Source of the DNA: Selaginella moellendorffii
Taxonomy: Eukaryota > Plantae > Lycopodiophyta
Direction: 5' to 3'
Assembly (NCBI RefSeq): GCF_000143415.4
Contig: NW_003314291.1
Location: 341,391 to 405,390 of the forward strand
Length of the DNA stretch: 64,000 nt
Below the pieces are notes generated by a model. The model was not told where the DNA came from, searched no databases, and worked only from the letters and a program-made list of their open reading frames with translations. A program made the position numbers and the translations under genes. This document shows, in pieces, positions 11,769 through 24,333 of this stretch (its first letter is position 1; every line of letters starts with the position of its first letter).

Positions 11769-14700
11769 AAAGGTGGCTTCTTTGAATCATTGCGTGTTGT
11801 TCGAAACTAGAGAAAAGAGATTCAACTATTGTTAGAACAAGATCGTCCTAATGTTATAAAGGTGGCGAGATTACAGATGTAATGTTCTTTGAATTAAGAG
11901 AACGAAAATAGAGAAAAGAGATACGATTACAGTTTAGAGTGGTGTATGGTACTGTTTCTCAAGAACACTGTCCCGGATAGGACGACTTTGCCTCTCTCTT
12001 TAACTTTGCACTTGAAGGAGATCCTGAAAGAAGAAGCAAGTGTTATGGGGATGGTCTAGAAACGATTGCGGGCGCTTACTGCGAGCTCTCACCTTGTTCT
12101 TTCTTCATCAATGTTACGAGCGTTTCGCCCGGATAGACGTGGTGCAGGAACCTGGAGCTGATCCTCGCAATTCTCGTCGTCGGATCGCCGTCACAGCAGC
12201 ACCGAATTATAGCTCGCACGGCATAGCCAAGCGTGCAAAGCCCATGAAGAATGGGACGCTGGAAGCTGTGTTTTTAAATCCCGTCACAGAAGTCATTCGC
12301 AAGAACAAAGCTTACCCCGCATCTGCGGCGAACTTTGGGTCCGAATGCAAGGGATTCATGTCTCCTGAAAGACGGTAAAGTAACGCCTACATCACGGACA
12401 AGTAACTTACGCTCTAAAAGGGAAAACCAAAAAAGAAAATTAATCTCTCGTTTACCTGGTTCGGCCTGATTTGATCTTCAAACTGGAAGTCTGGAGGAGT
12501 TGCGTCGAATTCTTTCTCATTGAAACTGATGGCTGGAAACTGCGACGATGTTCGCGACGAGAAGGAGAACGGGTTTCCAGGACCTGCCGAGAATCCGCCA
12601 GCACCGCGTAAAAATGCCAAAGTCCTGCAAAATTGTTGACTTAGCGCTAGGCCTACTCTCCAATGGGACAAAAGCTACAGCACCTTTGCAGACATAGCAC
12701 TTCCCCGGTATCGATGTCTCGGTGCAAGAGTTCCATTTCAATTAACGCGGCTCCTGGAAAAGTGACGCTCAGGCCTATCATTTTTGCGCATGAAAAACGA
12801 AACAGTCGTACCTTTGTCGTGAAGACCTGAAATTCGTTTGCTCCTACGAACCTGAATTTACAAAGATAAAGACACTTGAAATTCAAGGAAAAAGAGAAAA
12901 GAGAAACCTTACCCGTGCACTCGTTGGATGTGGTTTGTAAATTTCCACATACTGTTCACCACCAGTAGCTTCGGATCAAAGCTGCAAATTATATACATTT
13001 TTTTCCAGGCTAAAACAAGAGATGGCAGTTAGGTTAGGAATTAGATTTTGTAACTTTGATTATGAATGGGAAGATATGATGTCAATCTAGAAAGACGCTT
13101 GCTGTCTGATCAATCTTGGTGCCAACAAAATCTGGTGAGTTCTGTAGATTGTGATCCAAAAGCTGCAGCAGCAGATAGAGGTGGAACTGTGATGGAGAGA
13201 TATCCACAGCAGCACACTGGGAGCCAGATGAAGGAGCCTCAGATTCAAATTATGATAGCGGCACATTGGGAGCCAGAGGAGCCAGGCAGAGATCTCCAAT
13301 CCAAGAGGATTTTCATCCAGATGGATGAATGTAACCTCTCATTAACTACACAAGAAGACACTCTACAGAAGTTTGGTGGTGTGTCCCTAAAGAGACTATT
13401 AATGTCAAGCATGACATTCTGCCATAAATACCTTCACTTCTGGAGAACATGAAACAGATGGCTTGAAGGAACTCTATTAGTGATTAAGGAATTTTGGCAT
13501 GGCAGTAAATTTTGATAGAGTCATGGATTTTCTGTCAGGATCTCATTTCTGCATCAACATCTCCACATGCAATGTGAATGGCAAAGAAAATTTACAAGAG
13601 GAGAAAGATCACAAAAGGTGATTGTTTGTTCATTCTTTTTTTCTTGCGTGTTCTTATTTTCAGGGTCCCATGCTTAGCATCACTCCAAAGAAGGCCAATT
13701 GGGACTTGTGTAAAGACCTACAAAGAAGCTGGAGAAACTGGAGAAACAAACAATGCATGCTATTCTAAGCTTCTATGTTCTTGAAACTTATCTTAGTTTT
13801 CTTTCTCTCTGGCTGCTCAAAGCAGGCTATAACAAGACTAAATTAAGTTTCTATTCTCTACGATGTCACTTTTTTGTTCTCAAGCTTTGATATTTAGAGC
13901 TGTTTCTGCTTGAGCACTTTGACCACCAGTTCCTTTGGGTGCATAATCCTGTAGTGCCACTTTTTTAAGCCTGCTTATCTGCTTGATAAAGAGAGGAAGT
14001 GGCTGCAATCTCGTTTGATTTGCTTCTTCTCATTACTAGGGTTTGGGACCACTAGGTTGTGCTCCAAAGAAGGCAGGATTTTGTTTCTCAAGATTACGTT
14101 GCATTTCTAGAGTAAGGCTGTGGTGTCGTCGCAGAACCTCGAAGAAGGCAAGATTTAGTTTGATTTCTTCTTCTCAAGTGCTTGACATTGCCAAGGTTTG
14201 GGAGGCTATAGCATCATCACAGTACCACTAAGTTGCGATCAGAGGAGAACAATCTCAAAACACACTCACCGACCAGCTCTAAATGGAGTGCGACATAAGT
14301 CAATTCCATTCATGTTGATGTCTTGCTTAAGCAATCTCTCTGGAGACCAGATGGATAGATTTTTGGACCACATGTTTACTATGGCTATGCAGGGATGTGG
14401 TGAGCAGCCAAGCTTACATCATGAATTGCCAACCAAGACCAGGAGAGCAAGGATGCATCTGAAGAGTTTCCTTCACAACAGCTTGGCTAGTGAAATTTTT
14501 GTCATTCTTCCTAAAATTTTGCCATAAAAGTTTCCATAAAAGTTTTTTTGAAAAAATCCTCTATCCAGGCTGGCAGTGTTACTTGAGGCTGTAAATATCA
14601 CCAGCAAGCCTATTATTGAAAAGAACTGTAAATGTGGGAAGAACCTTCTAACTGTCAATAGAAGAAGAAAAAAAAAACACTTAGTAGTACTTACCATGAA

Positions 14701-17700
14701 CTCTATGTTCTTCCACAGTTTCCATGAAGGAGTTATGTGTCTATTTACCTGCAAAGTGAAAGAAATCATCTCAAACCTACTGAAAAAAAAGCTTAACACT
14801 AGGATCTTTGATGAAAAACTATTGCAGTTGCCAACTATAATCCAAGCCTACTCCATATGCAAAAGCATGAATCAAGTCATGTAATTATCACTGAAAATAC
14901 CAGCTTTTCCAAATCGAAGCTTCCTCTTGCTTCCACAAAACACATCTGAAAGTCATAAACTTCAAGCACTTCTTGGCTGCTTCTCTTAGAAATGGAAGTG
15001 CATGCTCTCCTATGTCAGAAAAAGAATAGCTTTTGTCTATAAAAATGTTAAAAAGAGAGATTTTGATTGGTATTATAGGATTTTGTTTATTATACTGGAC
15101 TGGATAGCAACATAGCTTTTCGATCTTCCTCGCATTCATTACTATTCTTCTCAAAACTTGGTAGCCATCATTTTCACTAAAATCTAAAACAAGCACTAAC
15201 TAAAGTCATGTAGATACTTAAGTTCATTAAGAAATTTAGACCACATAAAGTGCTGGTATGGTAGCAAGAATTATAGTTGAGGCCTTTGGAGTATGTACAA
15301 TGTTTGTCAGGGAAAGCTAAACAAAGCTAAATATGAAAGACTTCCTGACTCTCACTAGAAAAGGTAGACAAACCAAAAAGACACAAGTGCTCACATGTGA
15401 AAAAATATGTGGGATTGAGAGCTTTTTCTTTGGCAAGGCTATTGTTAAACATGACTTTCACTCAAAAGCATTAACATAAATCTTTCAAGGAATAACAACA
15501 AAAAAAAAAGAAAGTGGAAAGAAAAATAAGATGAAAAACCTCTCATCCAAATCTCTTACTCAAAAGCTTTAGAAACAAGCTTTCATGGAAGAAGAAATCA
15601 AATAAAAAAATAACAATAAAACTTAAGGTTTTATTTAAAGTTTTTTGTTGCAAATGTGATTGTAGATATCAAAAATTATCTATTGGTAAGTCTTTTCAAA
15701 TATTCTTCTCTTATTGCCATAACGGCAAAAAGTCAGTATTGTTAATTCTCTTTATTAGTCTTTGTCCAAGTTAGTTGAAAAATTGATCATTATGTATATG
15801 CTTATCCCAGATAAACATAAGGTAAGAACTTCTATGTGTTTTTGCTAAGTACATTCAACCTAAGATAAGAAACTCATATATTACTTTGCACTTATTAGTG
15901 TTGGGAATCCCTGCAATATTAACATTGGTCCCTTAATATTCATTATATAATAGCTTATTGTGTCTGCCAAAACACTCTTATTATCATTCCCCATTTGGTC
16001 CCATTAACAATTTATAAAAAGTTATAAAATCTAGATTTATTAGTGAGACATATCTATGATATGTAAAGATTATCTTGAATATGATGGTTTTGAACTTGCA
16101 TTAGATTTACAATCTAGCACCATTCCACATTTAGAAAATCTTGTCCTTATATTGCATCTAGAGGCCCAAACTCCATACTATGCTAACCAATGGAGTACCT
16201 ATATTTTTATGTTAAGCCACTAATATGCTGAAATAGTATTAAACTCTATTAGCTTTGTTTTGTGTGTTGGTCTTAGTGTTAGGATATTAGATCTTTTAAA
16301 ACTATTCCAAAGTCATTCTATACTCCTGCCTTTTTGGTCATTAAGTTATATATTTAAAAGTTATTTTATGCCTTAGTTCCTTCACTCTAGAGCTATATAC
16401 CTAAGAGTTTGGCTTCATTCTTTCATTCAGTGCCTTGAGGCCTTGAAACTTAAGTTTCACTCTACTGCTTTTGGCCTATGTATTTAAGGGTTTAGGTTTC
16501 ACTTTATGGTTATTCTATAGTAAATCACTATAAGGTAAATTGTAAAAACCATGTATATTACATTTTTAAGTAGAAAGATTTTACTTCTTGGTTTTTTTTT
16601 TTTTTTTTTAATTGTTGTTTATTTGATTTTACCTTGGATTTTTTTGTTGTTATTGGATTGTAAGTGATGAAATATTTTTTTGTTATTGAATTTTATTATT
16701 ATTATTAGATTTCACCTTTTGGATTTTGGGGTCCCAATTCTTTAACTCAAAAGCTTTAAAACAAAGCTAAAACTAAAGTAAAAGTAATAAGAACCAATCA
16801 TCCCATTCTAATCTTAATTATTGCCAATCCAGGAAAATCATACTAGTGATCTAGTGAAATTGCTAGAAAGTATATATATTGATATAATTTTGATTATAAA
16901 TGGGAGATATTGACTAACATAATGTGGCCACAATGCCCTATTAAGTATTATGCCTTAAAATGAAAAAAATTTATAGATGAGTTTGATGTGGATCTGGAAA
17001 ATACTTGTTGTTCAATTGATCTTGGCATCAACATTGTTGTTGATATTTAGTGAATTATATTAGTGATCTAGAAACCACAGTAGTAGATAGTGTTTAAGAT
17101 CTAGGTGGAGTTAGAGAAGATCATAATGGAGCAATAGCAGATATAGCATTAGATTGTGAAGTAATAATAGCCTTATTAAAACCTAAAGGTATGTAAAAAG
17201 CTAAGTGAAGCTTTAGATTCAGATTGTGATCTAGAGCTTGGGAAAGCTGCATTATTACACTGGGAGCCAAACGGTAAAAAGCCTCAACCTAAGCTAGCTA
17301 GAGCCTCAAATTGAGATAATGATCCAAAGCTTAAGGAAGCCATAATAGTATATTAGGAGCTAGAGGAGGAAGCCTTAAATTCAGATTATGATTTGGAGTT
17401 TAATGGAGCCATAACAGCTAGAAAAGTTAGGTAAAGAGCTTGAATTTGAGAGGATTTTCATCTAGGTGCAATAAATAATGAATGAATAGAACCTTTCTTT
17501 AGCTACACAAAAAGACATTTTACAAAATTCTGGAGGTGTGTTCACGAAGAGACTATTATAGAGATATAAATAATTTTGAACAAGGTCTTATTGTAGTGAA
17601 GGTAACTTATCCTGCTATAAATGCCTTTTCTTATGAAGAAAACAAAATGAATGGTTTAAAGAAACTCTATCGATGATCAAGGAATTTTAACATGGCAATA

Positions 17701-20700
17701 AGTTTTGGCAGTCATAGATTTTAGGATCCAAATTTATCTTTTGGATCAATCAAGGTAATATATCATTCAAATTTTTATCCTCTATTCTAAAGGTTCCTTT
17801 TCACAAAAAGTGATCTTTATCACTATGGGGTGATTTTACATTAGGATGGCTGTTAAGGCTCAAAGATCGTCCACCACCTTTATGCCATCATAAAATCTGA
17901 AATTCTGAATGGTGGAGAAGTTTATTTAAACCATTACCACTATTTTTTATTCCCTTTTCAAGAAGTTTAACTAAAAAGGATATCAAATAGGTGTTAAGCA
18001 ACTTTCAGTAATGATCTAGAGTAACTTTTCCTCACAAGTGTAGAAGTGGATTTCAATTATCCAGAGGCAAGTGATTTATTTTGAGAGTTTTGCTTTTTGC
18101 TTTTATAGGAGATTATCCTACTTTGTGTAAGGCCAAAATATTTCTCTCTGGAGCTCTCCATTGTCATTGACACTTTTTTTTAATAAGGAGAATCACAAAT
18201 GTACAGGACCACATTGATATTTAAGAAAAGAAGAAGAGGACAAAAGTTATCATATATCTCAATAATTGATTGCAAAGTAGATTTCTAACACAAAAAAGGC
18301 TTGTAAGCATACTCCTCATCCATATCAAAGAGTTACATGAAATGCTATTACCAAAGTTTTAGCAACTGGGTATTTTGAGAGTATTAGATACAAACTTATG
18401 ATGAACTTTAAAGAAAAATGAACTTTTGTTTCTATTTTAAAACTTTAGAGGCTTTACAAGATATATGAATTTGATTTGTTGCTGCTTTGAAATTTTTTAT
18501 AATGTACTTTTTATAGAAATTGAGTGTTATGATGTGTATTTTATCATGAATAAGATTTACTGCTTAATCATAAAAGCAAAGTTGACAAGATTGTTATATA
18601 TATCTGACAATAACTACCTTTTAACATAGTAGGAAGCATTTAGCCTCAGGAATTTGAACAATACCAACTATTCAATGTTGAAGAAAACAAAGCATTCATT
18701 CAACTTTTCTTGATCTAATTTTTTAATGTTCCCAAAGATATTTTAAATTGATATTATACACTTTTTTTACACACATACAGTTGCAGAAGGTTAGACAAAA
18801 AGTGCTCTTTAAGTTAAAAGGACACTCTTGTGTGCTTTTGGTATTTATTGTGAAAAAATCTTATAAACTAAACATATCACCACTTGAGTATGGTTTTTAT
18901 CTTTTCCACTCTTAATATTCATTTTTATTATTCATAAAGTGGGGAGATGATCAATAATATGGAGTGGCATGTGTCACATTACATAATATGGTGCTATAGG
19001 TTTGAGAGGATAGTCAAGAAGTATTCAAGCATTATGAATAACTAACATATTTCATTTATATCGTTTACTTATTTTCTATTTTAATAATTGATGACAAGTG
19101 ATGTAAGTTCAATCTATTACTTCTCAAAACTTTTAACAACTGAAGTTATATATGATAGATTTGACAATGAAGACAGCAAATTACCTTTAGAATGGCTATA
19201 AACTCTTATTAGAATAGCTGTACAAAAAATTATGGAAAGAGTGTTAAATATATATATAGTAAATTGTTGATTATTACAAGTTTTGAGTTGGTATTTTGAT
19301 GCACATATAAGCTCAAAAGAGGAGGCTTAAAAAGTCGGAAGTCAACTTATTAAATTTGTTGAGAAGTGAAAATTTAAGTCCATTTTCTAAACTACTTTAT
19401 TAAGAGGTGTTTTCTATGAAACAGGAAAGAGAGTGATATTATCAAATGGACATTAAGTAGAGAGTAAATATTTTTACATGCTTAAAGGCCATAATTTATA
19501 TTTTCAAGGGAGTTATTTGAAATGAGGCATGCAATTCCTTTCTTTGTATTTTGTTTTGAATGGTCTGTTATTTTTAGCTCAAAGTTATAGGAAACACCAT
19601 CTACTTCCTTTGCCTATAGAAAAATTCTTCCTTTCAATCTCAGATATTTTACATCATTGTCTTTTACTTGAGTTTCACCACAACACAAATTTAGCCTTTG
19701 AATACAAGCTCCATGACAAACTACTTCAACTAAGACATATAAGGAATTTACCAATTTATCCAAGAAAAGGCAATATTATAGGTAATGGTTTAACACCATC
19801 CATCCATCATCCATCATGAAATTCAACTTTTATAACAATACAAGAATGATGAATGGTCTTTGAGCTTTGATAATCATCCCAATATAGAATCGATACATAT
19901 TGACAAGGATCACCCTATATGAAAAAGAACCTTTATAAAAGACGATAGAAAGTTGAATGATACATTATCTTGATTGATCCAAAAGATGAATTTAAATCTT
20001 AAAATCTATAACTCTGCCAAAACTTACTATTGTGCTAGAATTCCTTGATCATTAATAAAATTCCTTCAAACCATTCATTTCATTTTCTCCACAAGTGAAG
20101 GTATTTATAGCAAGATGACACACTTGATATTAGTAAATTCAGCTGCTTAGCTAGTGGAAGATAGTGAAACATAAAATTACCTTCATTGCAATGGTACTTT
20201 GATATGGATACCATTCTATCTCAATAATAGTCTCTTTAGAGACACACCTTCAGAATTTTGTAGAATGCCTAATGAAAGGTTTTATTCATCCATTGCTTGC
20301 ATCTGGATGAAAGTCCTCTCAAATTTAAGTTCTCTACCTAGCTCCTTTAACTCCTAGTGTGTTGCTGTGGCTCTATCAAGCTTTGGAACATAGTCTAAAA
20401 TTAAGGCTCCTTCCTTTAACTCTTAGTGTCCTATTATGACTTCCCCAAACTTTGGATAATTTGAGGCTCCATCTAGCTCAAATTAAAGCTTTATGCATGT
20501 GCTGCTACAGCTTCCCTAACCTCTAGATCATAATCTGAATTTAAGGCTTCACTTAGCTCAGATTGAAACTCTTCACATAACTCCTCTAACTCCTTATATG
20601 TTATTGCTACTTCATAATTTGATGTTAGATCTGTTATTGTGATTAGTTCTCCATCATGATCTTCCACCTAGATCGCAACCACTATTGCTTCTAATTCACA

Positions 20701-20992
20701 ATCTACAAAACTCATTAAATCTTGAGTGAGTTTTGTCGGCACCAAAATCAATTAGACATATGTCCTCCAGATGTGCTCCAAAGCCACATACAGATCTTCT
20801 GCATTTTAGGGCAAAATACTGCAGTGTAATCAATATAATCAAAGTTACAAAATCATAGTCGATTTATATACTGTCTGGCAATTTCACTAGTTCCTATTTT
20901 GCTTCCAGAAAGATCACGAAAAACAATCAAGCAAAGGAAAGAAATGCCAATGGATGGAGCTAGTGCTAGCGTTTTAGAGAAAGATCGCTTAC

Positions 20993-21209
20993 CAGGATTG
21001 CCTTGTGCGCGCACACATCCGGCCCATCACACGCCTTGAGCGTCACATCCAACAGTGGCAAATCGAGGGTGTCCTGGTCCCAGGCACGCAGGAATTTGGC
21101 CTGGCACGCCACCGCTTGGAGGCGGCGCTCCTTGTCCCGGAGGTGCTGCTGCGCTCCCCACCAGCGACTCCAGCCTGAGAGGAGCCTCTTGCAAAGCAAC
21201 GCGAGGCAT
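20993..21209 (-). pseudogene. BTB/POZ-domain gene first-exon fragment, copy 3
   Basis: QHLRDKERRLQAVACQAKFLRAWDQDTLDLPLLDVTLKACDGPDVCAHKAIL|gtaag. Has a ~70-bp deletion between CCTG microhomologies relative to copy 2. Confidence 0.7.
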
Positions 21210-21447
21210 ATTCCCCCTCTCTCTTTTCTTTAACGCGGCATGTTTGAAACGTAACAGCAGAATTTAGGCTAGGACTAGATAAACAAAAGGGTACCATTAA
21301 GAAAGCAGAATTTAGGTTAGGACTAGATAAACAAAAGGGTACCATTAATAGTCTAGGTGCCAGAAAGGAATGCATAAACCCTATGTTAAAAGGTAAATCA
21401 CTATATAAATCTAGGTATCAAAGTGATCACAACACAACAAAGGATCA

Positions 21448-22038
21448 ATGAGGAAGCTTCTGGTAGTTGCTTTCTTGGCTATATTCTTTGCAGGAGCTAC
21501 TTCTTCGCGATTGTTAGCGTCTACTCCACCACGATCTCCATCGCCAGGATCTCTAGCAGTGGAGAAATCGATCTCTATAGCTGTTTCCTACACAGGAAAG
21601 GATAACTTCACCGATGGAACCCTTTTGACGTGCCCACAAACCGCGATTCATCCTAACGTTATGGTCCCAGGACATGTTGATCCTGCGCAGCTTTACTCCA
21701 TCGTGATGATAGATAGGCGAGCTTCGCGGTCGATGTTTACATTGGCAGATCAATTCACGTACGTCCACTATTGGATCGCCAACATCCCTGGATCAAAGGT
21801 TGACGCTGGCACAATTTTGGAGGAGTATATGAGGCCTGCACCCCACGATTTCATGCAGCACAAGTACGAGTTTATACTGTATAAGCAGCAAGGGCAGATC
21901 AATACGCCTCTCGCGGATAGATTCGTCAAGGACTGGGAAGCGGTCGCAAGCGCTTACAACCTTGGCAGCCCAGTAGCAACGACTTCCTTTGTTGCGCAGC
22001 TCACCCTAAACTTTAGAACGAGAATGTTCCAATGTTAA
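21448..22038 (+). CDS. Secreted intronless PEBP family protein, copy 3, 196 aa
   Basis: Intact ORF; about 12 nt differences from copy 2 by manual count. Confidence 0.88.
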   Translation: MRKLLVVAFLAIFFAGATSSRLLASTPPRSPSPGSLAVEKSISIAVSYTGKDNFTDGTLLTCPQTAIHPNVMVPGHVDPAQLYSIVMIDRRASRSMFTLADQFTYVHYWIANIPGSKVDAGTILEEYMRPAPHDFMQHKYEFILYKQQGQINTPLADRFVKDWEAVASAYNLGSPVATTSFVAQLTLNFRTRMFQC

Positions 22039-22811
22039 AAAGGTGGCTTCTTTGAATCATTGCGTGTTGTTCAAAACTAGAGAAAAGAGATTCAACAATT
22101 GTTAGAACAAGATCGTCGCAATGTTATAAAGGTGGCGAGATTATAGATGTAATGTTCTTTGAATTAAGAGAACGAAAATAGAGAAAAGAGATACAATTAC
22201 AGTTTAGAGTGGTGTATGGTGTTGTTGCTCAAGAACACTGTCCCAGATAGGACGACTTCGCCTCTCTCCTTAACTTTACACTTGAAGGAGATCCTGAAAG
22301 AAGAAGCAAGCGTTACAGGGATGATCTAGCAAGAGAAACGATTGCGAGTGCTTACTGCAAGCTCTTGCCTTGTTCAATGTTACGAGGACGTGGTGCAGGA
22401 ACCTGGAGCTGATCGTTGCAATTCTCATCGGATCACCGTCGCAGCCGCACCGAATTATAGCTCTCACGGCATAGCTAAGCATGCAAAGCCCATGAAGAAT
22501 GGGACGCTGGAAGCTGTGTTTTTAAATCCCGTCACAGACGTCATTCGCAAGAATAACAAAGCTTACCCTGCATCTGCGGCGAGCTTTGGGTCCGAATGCA
22601 AGGGATTCATGTCTCAGAGTAACGCCTACATCACGGACGAGTAACTTATGTTCTACAAGGAAAAACTAAAAATGAAAGTTAATCTTTCGTTGCCTGGTTC
22701 GGCCTGATTTGATCTTCAAACTCGAAGTCTGGAGGAGTTGCGTCAAATTCTTTCTCATTGAAACTGATGGGAAACTGTGACGATGTTCGCAACGAGAAGG
22801 AGAACATCGTC

Positions 22812-24333
22812 TCCTACTCTAGAAATGCAAACATAATCTTGAGAAGAAGCAAATCAAACAAAATCCTGCCTTCTTTTGAGCACAACCTAGTGGTCCCAAA
22901 CCCTCGCAATGAGAAGAAGCAAATCAAACGAGATTGCAGCCACTTCCTCTCTTTATCAAGCAGATAAGCCAGGCTTTAAAAAGTGGTACTACAGGATTAT
23001 GCACCCTAAGGAACTGGTGTCAAAGCTCAAGCAAAAACAGCTCTAAATATCAAAGCTTGAGAACAAAAAAGTGACATTGTAGAGAATAGAAACTTAAGTT
23101 AGTCTTGTTATAGCCTGCTTTGAGCAGCCAGCGAGAAAGAAAACTAAGATAAGTTTCAAGAACATAGAAGCTTAGAATAGCATGCATTGTTTGTTTCTCC
23201 CAGTTTCTCCAGCTTCTTTGTAGGTCTTTACACAAGTCCCAATTGGCCTTCTTTGGAGTGATGCTAAGCATGGGACCCTGAAAATAAGAACACGCAAGAA
23301 AAAAAGAATGAACAAACAATCACCTTTTGTGATCTTTCTCCTCTTGTAAATTTTCTTTGCCATTCACATTGCATGTGGAGATGTTGATGCAGAAATGAGA
23401 TCCTGACAGAAAATCCATGACTCTATCAAAATTACTGCCATGCCAAAATTCCTTAATCATCCGTGTTTCATGTTCTCCAGAAGTGAAGGTATTTATAGCA
23501 GAATGTCATTCTCTTTAGGGACACACCGCCAAACTTCTGTAGAGTGTCTTCTTGTGTAGTTAATGAGAGGTTACATTCATCCATCTGGATGAAAGTCCTC
23601 TTGGATTGGAGATCTCTGTCTGGCTCCTTTGGCTCCCAATGTGCCACTATCATAATTTGAATCTGAGGCTCCTTCCTCTGGCTCCCAGTGTGCTGCTGTG
23701 GCTATCTCTCCATTACAATTCCACCTCTATCTGCTGCTGCAGCTGCTGGATCACAATCTACAGAACTCACCAGACTTTGTCACGAAGATTGATCAGACAG
23801 CAAGTGTCTTCTAGGTCGACATCATATCTTCAGTTAATATCTCCCATTCATAATCAAAGTTCCAAAATCATAGTCAATTTATATACTTTTGGGCAATTTC
23901 ACTAATTCCCCATCTCTTGTTTTAAATGTATATAATGTGCAGCTTTGATCCGAAGCTACTGGTGGAGATTCACAAACCACATCCAGCGAGTGCACGGGTA
24001 AGGTTTCTCTTTTCTCTTTTTCCTTGAATTTCAAGTGTCTCTATCTTTGTAAATTCAGGTTCGTAGCAGCAAACGAATTTCAGGTCTTCGTGACAAAGGT
24101 ACGACTGTTTCGTTTTTCATGCGCAAATATCTATGCGCCACTTTTCTAGTGGTTGAAATGAAACTCTTGCATCGATACCGGGGAACTGCTATGTCTGCAA
24201 AGGTGCTGTAGCTTTTGTATAATTGAACAGAGAGTAGGCCTAGCCTAATTCAACAATTTTGCAGGACTTTGGTATTCTTACGCAGTGCTGGAGGATTCTA
24301 GGCAGGTCCTGGAAAGCCGTTCTCCTTCTCGTT
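22812..24333 (-). other. 1.5-kb inversion relative to unit 2 (~12556-14117)
   Basis: The sequence is the reverse complement of the unit-2 segment (e.g. ORF 23172..23363- matches 13578..13784+). Colinearity resumes at 24334. Confidence 0.9.

Larger units (their letters stand above)
8190..18137. repeat. Tandem segmental duplication unit 2 (~10 kb)
   Basis: Colinear with unit 3 once the Gypsy insertion is removed (14124~24334, 14490~25084, 17660~28288|34975, 18120~35421). Confidence 0.85.
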
